In this document: positions 60,701 to 64,000 of the stretch, piece after piece
Position numbering within the stretch: the first letter of the stretch is position 1
Layout: every line of letters starts with the position of its first letter
DNA from: Macrostomum lignano
Lineage: Eukaryota
DNA length: 64,000 nucleotides
Direction of reading: 5' to 3'
Assembly: GCA_002269645.1 (NCBI GenBank)
Contig: NIVC01002377.1
Span: 1-64,000, forward strand
Position numbers and translations under genes: made by a program
Notes under the pieces: model-generated
What the model was told of the DNA's origin: nothing
What the model saw: the letters and a program-made list of their open reading frames with translations, nothing else
The model's database searches: none

Positions 60701-63700
60701 ACAGTGCTGTATAATTTTTAATTTGATTTGTAAAAACCAAATTTCATGTTTAATAGAAATCTAAAAGCAACAATGCTAATAAAATACATTGTCTTTAACC
60801 TGCCAAACAGATTGAATGTAGACGGCTTGCCTGTCCTATTTCCATATGAGTACATCTACCCGGAGCAGTACTCCTACATGGTGGAGTTTAAAAGGAGCAT
60901 CGATGCTAAGGTTTGCTACTGCTAACTGTTTCATTTTTTAGATATCGAAATCTACTATAAGTAGCGTAATTGGACATTAAAATCTAATTTTGTTTTTTTT
61001 AATTTGCAATATCAATTTTCAGGGTCATTGCGTACTCGAGATGCCGTCTGGCACGGGTAAGACCATCACAATTCTGTCTCTGACCGTGGCCTATCTGCAC
61101 CATTCGCCAGATCACGTGAGCAAGCTGGTGTATTGTTCGCGCACCGTGCCTGAGCTAGAGAAAGTTGTAGAAGAGATGAAGACTCTATTCGATTATTACA
61201 CTAAGAATGGCGTCACGCTCAACCTGACCGGTATGGCGCTTAGCTCGCGCAAAAATTTATGCATCAACGCCGACGTGCTGGAGGGCAACGCCGGTGACGG
61301 TCGGTCAATCGACAGCGCCTGTCATCAGCTCACCGCCAGTTTTGTGCGCGATCGTCGGCGCCATGCTATTGGCCGCGCCGGCGCCGATGTTGAATCCGCG
61401 CCGCCCGGCTGTCAGTACTACGAAGAATTCGACGCTCACGGCCGGGAGTTCTTGCTGCCGCCTGGGGTGTACAATCTGGACGATTTGAAGGTAAATTGGA
61501 AGATAATAAGGGCGGGAGTAACTATGGCTTTATTGACTAGCCACATTGCCTCGTCATCTAATTGGTAGTAATTGTAAGTAAGGTATTCGGCAGGAGTAAC
61601 TATAAATTTCTTGACTATCCACATTGCTTCGTCATCTAATTAGTATTGATTTGTCAGTGAGGTATTCGGCAGGAGTAACTATGAATTTAATTAGCTTACA
61701 GGAACGCCGCTCCCATTTTCCACCCGAAGGCCTACGGTCGCCGTAAAGGCTTATGCCCGTACTTCTTTGCCCGGTATTCAATGTCAACTGCCAACATCAT
61801 TGTATACAGCTATCACTATCTGTTGGATCCGAAAATATCCGAATTAGTTTCCAAGCAGCTGCCCAAATCTAGCATTGTTGTGTTCGACGAGGCGCACAAC
61901 ATTGACAATGTCTGCATCGAATCAATGAGCGTAACGCTGAGTCGCCGGTCGTTAGACCGTGCTCAGCTAGGCTTGAACAGCTTGCAGAATCGGGTTAGAG
62001 AGATCAAGCAGCAAGACGCCGCCAAGCTGCAGGAGGAGTACAACAGGCTTGTTAATAACCTGCGCGAGGCCCAGTCCGCTAGGGAGACTGACCTCATTCT
62101 GGCTAATCCTGTGCTTCCGGATCAGGTAATTGTGGCTTATCAGTTTCTCATGATTCTCAGCCAGTTTCTCATGATTCTCAGCCAGGTTCTCACCCATGTC
62201 CAACCAGTTTCTCGCCCATCTCTAACCAGTTTCTCACCCCCTCTAACCAGTTTCTCACCAGTTTCTCACCCATCTCTAACCAGTTTCTCACCCATCTCTA
62301 ACCAGTTTCTCACCCATCTCTAACCAGTTTCTCACCCATCTCTAACCAGTTTCTCACCCATCTCTAACCAGTTTCTCACCCATCTCTAACCAGTTTCTCA
62401 CCCATCTCTAACCAGTTTCTCACCCATCTCTAACCAGTTTCTCACCCATCTCTAACCAGTTTCTCACCCATCTCTAACCAGTTTCTCACCCATCTCTAAC
62501 CAGTTTCTCACCCATCTCTAACCAGTTTCTCACCCATCTCTAACCAGTTTCTTATCCATGTCCAACCAGTTTCTTATCCATCTCTAACCAGTTTCTCACT
62601 CATCTCTAACTAGTTTCTCACCCATCTCTAACCAGTTTCTCACCCATCTCTAATCAGTTTCTTACCCATGTCCAACCAGTTTCTCTCACCCATCTCTAAC
62701 CACTTTCTCACCCATCTCTAACCTCTTTCTCACTCATCTCTAACCAGTTTCTCACCCCTCTCCAACCAGTTTCTCTCACCCATCTCCAACCAGTTTCTCA
62801 CCCCTCTCTAACCAGTTTCTCACCCAGTTCCCAAGCCACCGCCACCCCCATTCCCGCCCGCAGGTGCTACGCGAAGCGGTGCCAGGCAACATTCGCACAG
62901 CCGAGCATTTCCTAGCCTTCCTGCGCCGTTTCCTCGAATACTTGAAACTTCGACTTCGAGTTGTCCACGTCGTGTCGGAGAGTCCGGCCGCATTTCTGCG
63001 CGACTGCTCCGAACGGGTGTGCCTGGATCGGAAGCCGCTTCGGTTCTGTCACGAGCGCCTGCGCAGCCTCCTGGCCACGCTGGAGGTGGCCGAATCGCCA
63101 GAACTGGGCAGCCTGTTCCGCGTAGCCAACCTGGCCACCCTGCTAGCTACCTATCTGCGCGGATTCTGCTTCCTAGTTGAACCCTTCGACGATCGGGCAC
63201 CGACTGTGATCAATCCGATCATGCACCTGACTTGCATGGACGCCAGCATCGCTGTCAGGCCTGTGTTTGCCCGCTTCCAAACTGTATTGATCACCTCAGG
63301 CACTCTGTCACCGTTGGAAATGTATCCGCGTATATTGGACTTCCGGCCAGTTAATATGGTGTCATTCACTGTCACGCTGGCTAGGCAGTGTATCTGTCCT
63401 ATGATTGTTGCTAAGGGCAATGATCAGGTGAGAAAAAACTGTGGGTTTTGAATTTGCTTGTTTTTTTACGGTTTGTGCAGTTTGTCGATTGGGATCTTTA
63501 TTCTAATCTTTACTAGCTTCTTCTTCCCAGCTTCCTCAGTTGATGTAGCGGTATCCTGTAGGATGTTTATCCCTACTCCCAGCTTCCGAGTTGATGCGGT
63601 ATCTTGTAGGATATTTATCCCTACTCCCAGCCTCCCAAGTTGATGAAGCGATATCCTTTAGGACCTTTATTCCTACTCCCAGCTTCCCGAGTTGATGAAG

Positions 63701-64000
63701 CGATATCCTGTATGACTTTTATCCCTGCTCCCAGCTTCCCGAGTCGATGAAGCGTCACCTGTAAGATTTTTATCCCTAGTTCCTACTCCCAGCTTCCCAA
63801 ATTGATGAAGCGATATCCTTTGATGTATATTAAACCCAAGTATGCATTTTTATAGTTATATAAATGTTACAGTATGCAAAAATCGTTAATCCCCACCTGT
63901 CAGGTGACCATAACCTCTCGCTACGAGAGTCGCGAAGACCCAGCAGTGATGCGCAACTACGGCAGCCTGCTGCTAGAAATGGCCCGAGTTGTACCAGACG
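57736..64000 (+). CDS. ERCC2: TFIIH/NER Fe-S DNA helicase XPD, 5' part (continues past the window); exons 57736-57740, 60811-60910, 61023-61490, 61730-62125, 62864-63427, 63904->64000
   Basis: [21 protein letters not shown], Walker [15 protein letters not shown], four Fe-S cysteines (NLCIN, ACHQLT, GCQYYE, LCPYF), [13 protein letters not shown] and ITSGTLSPL. All junctions are in frame. Confidence 0.95.
62140..62827 (+). repeat. 22-bp minisatellite (ACCAGTTTCTCACCCATCTCTA)n in an ERCC2 intron
   Basis: Tandem copies fill the intron. Confidence 0.93.
63530..63825 (+). repeat. ~48-bp degenerate tandem repeat in an ERCC2 intron
   Basis: About 6 copies of TTGATGAAGCGATATCCTGTAGGA..TTTATCCCTACTCCCAGCTTCC. 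Confidence 0.8.

Overview
Intron-rich animal genomic DNA. GC-rich exons, AT-rich introns packed with private minisatellites and (TCTG)n tracts suggest a free-living flatworm such as Macrostomum; this is inferred from sequence style only. Five host genes could be assembled with in-frame GT-AG junctions: a SAMD1-type winged-helix/double-PHD/SAM chromatin reader (632-3434, +), axonemal dynein intermediate chain DNAI2 (9279-25332, +), a divergent MATE transporter (27519-30258, -), a group II/III-like metabotropic glutamate receptor (34549-54317, +) and the 5' part of ERCC2/XPD (57736 to window end, +). The most unusual feature is an 11.3-kb element (10671-21947) sitting inside a (TCTG)n microsatellite in DNAI2 intron 1. 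It is bounded by inverted arms TGTATGTGTG/CACACATACA next to a (T/C)TAG core, with a third junction-like copy of that site inside it. Matching apparent empty sites (GTCTGTC-TTAG-TGTCTG) occur in nearby microsatellites. The element carries a spliced gene, mostly invisible to the ORF track, with an N-terminal chromodomain, a 387-nt symmetric exon present in five full copies plus a sixth 5'-partial copy, and a Cys/His module I associate with tyrosine-recombinase (Crypton-like) elements. The introns between the amplified exons are arrays of an 85-bp unit that folds into a tRNA-like cloverleaf ending in CCA. No recombinase domain is visible in this copy. Other mobile DNA: a decayed Gypsy pol, a piggyBac fragment, two tRNA-SINE families (one with a CORE-like domain), two MITEs sharing a minisatellite, and a LINE RT scrap.
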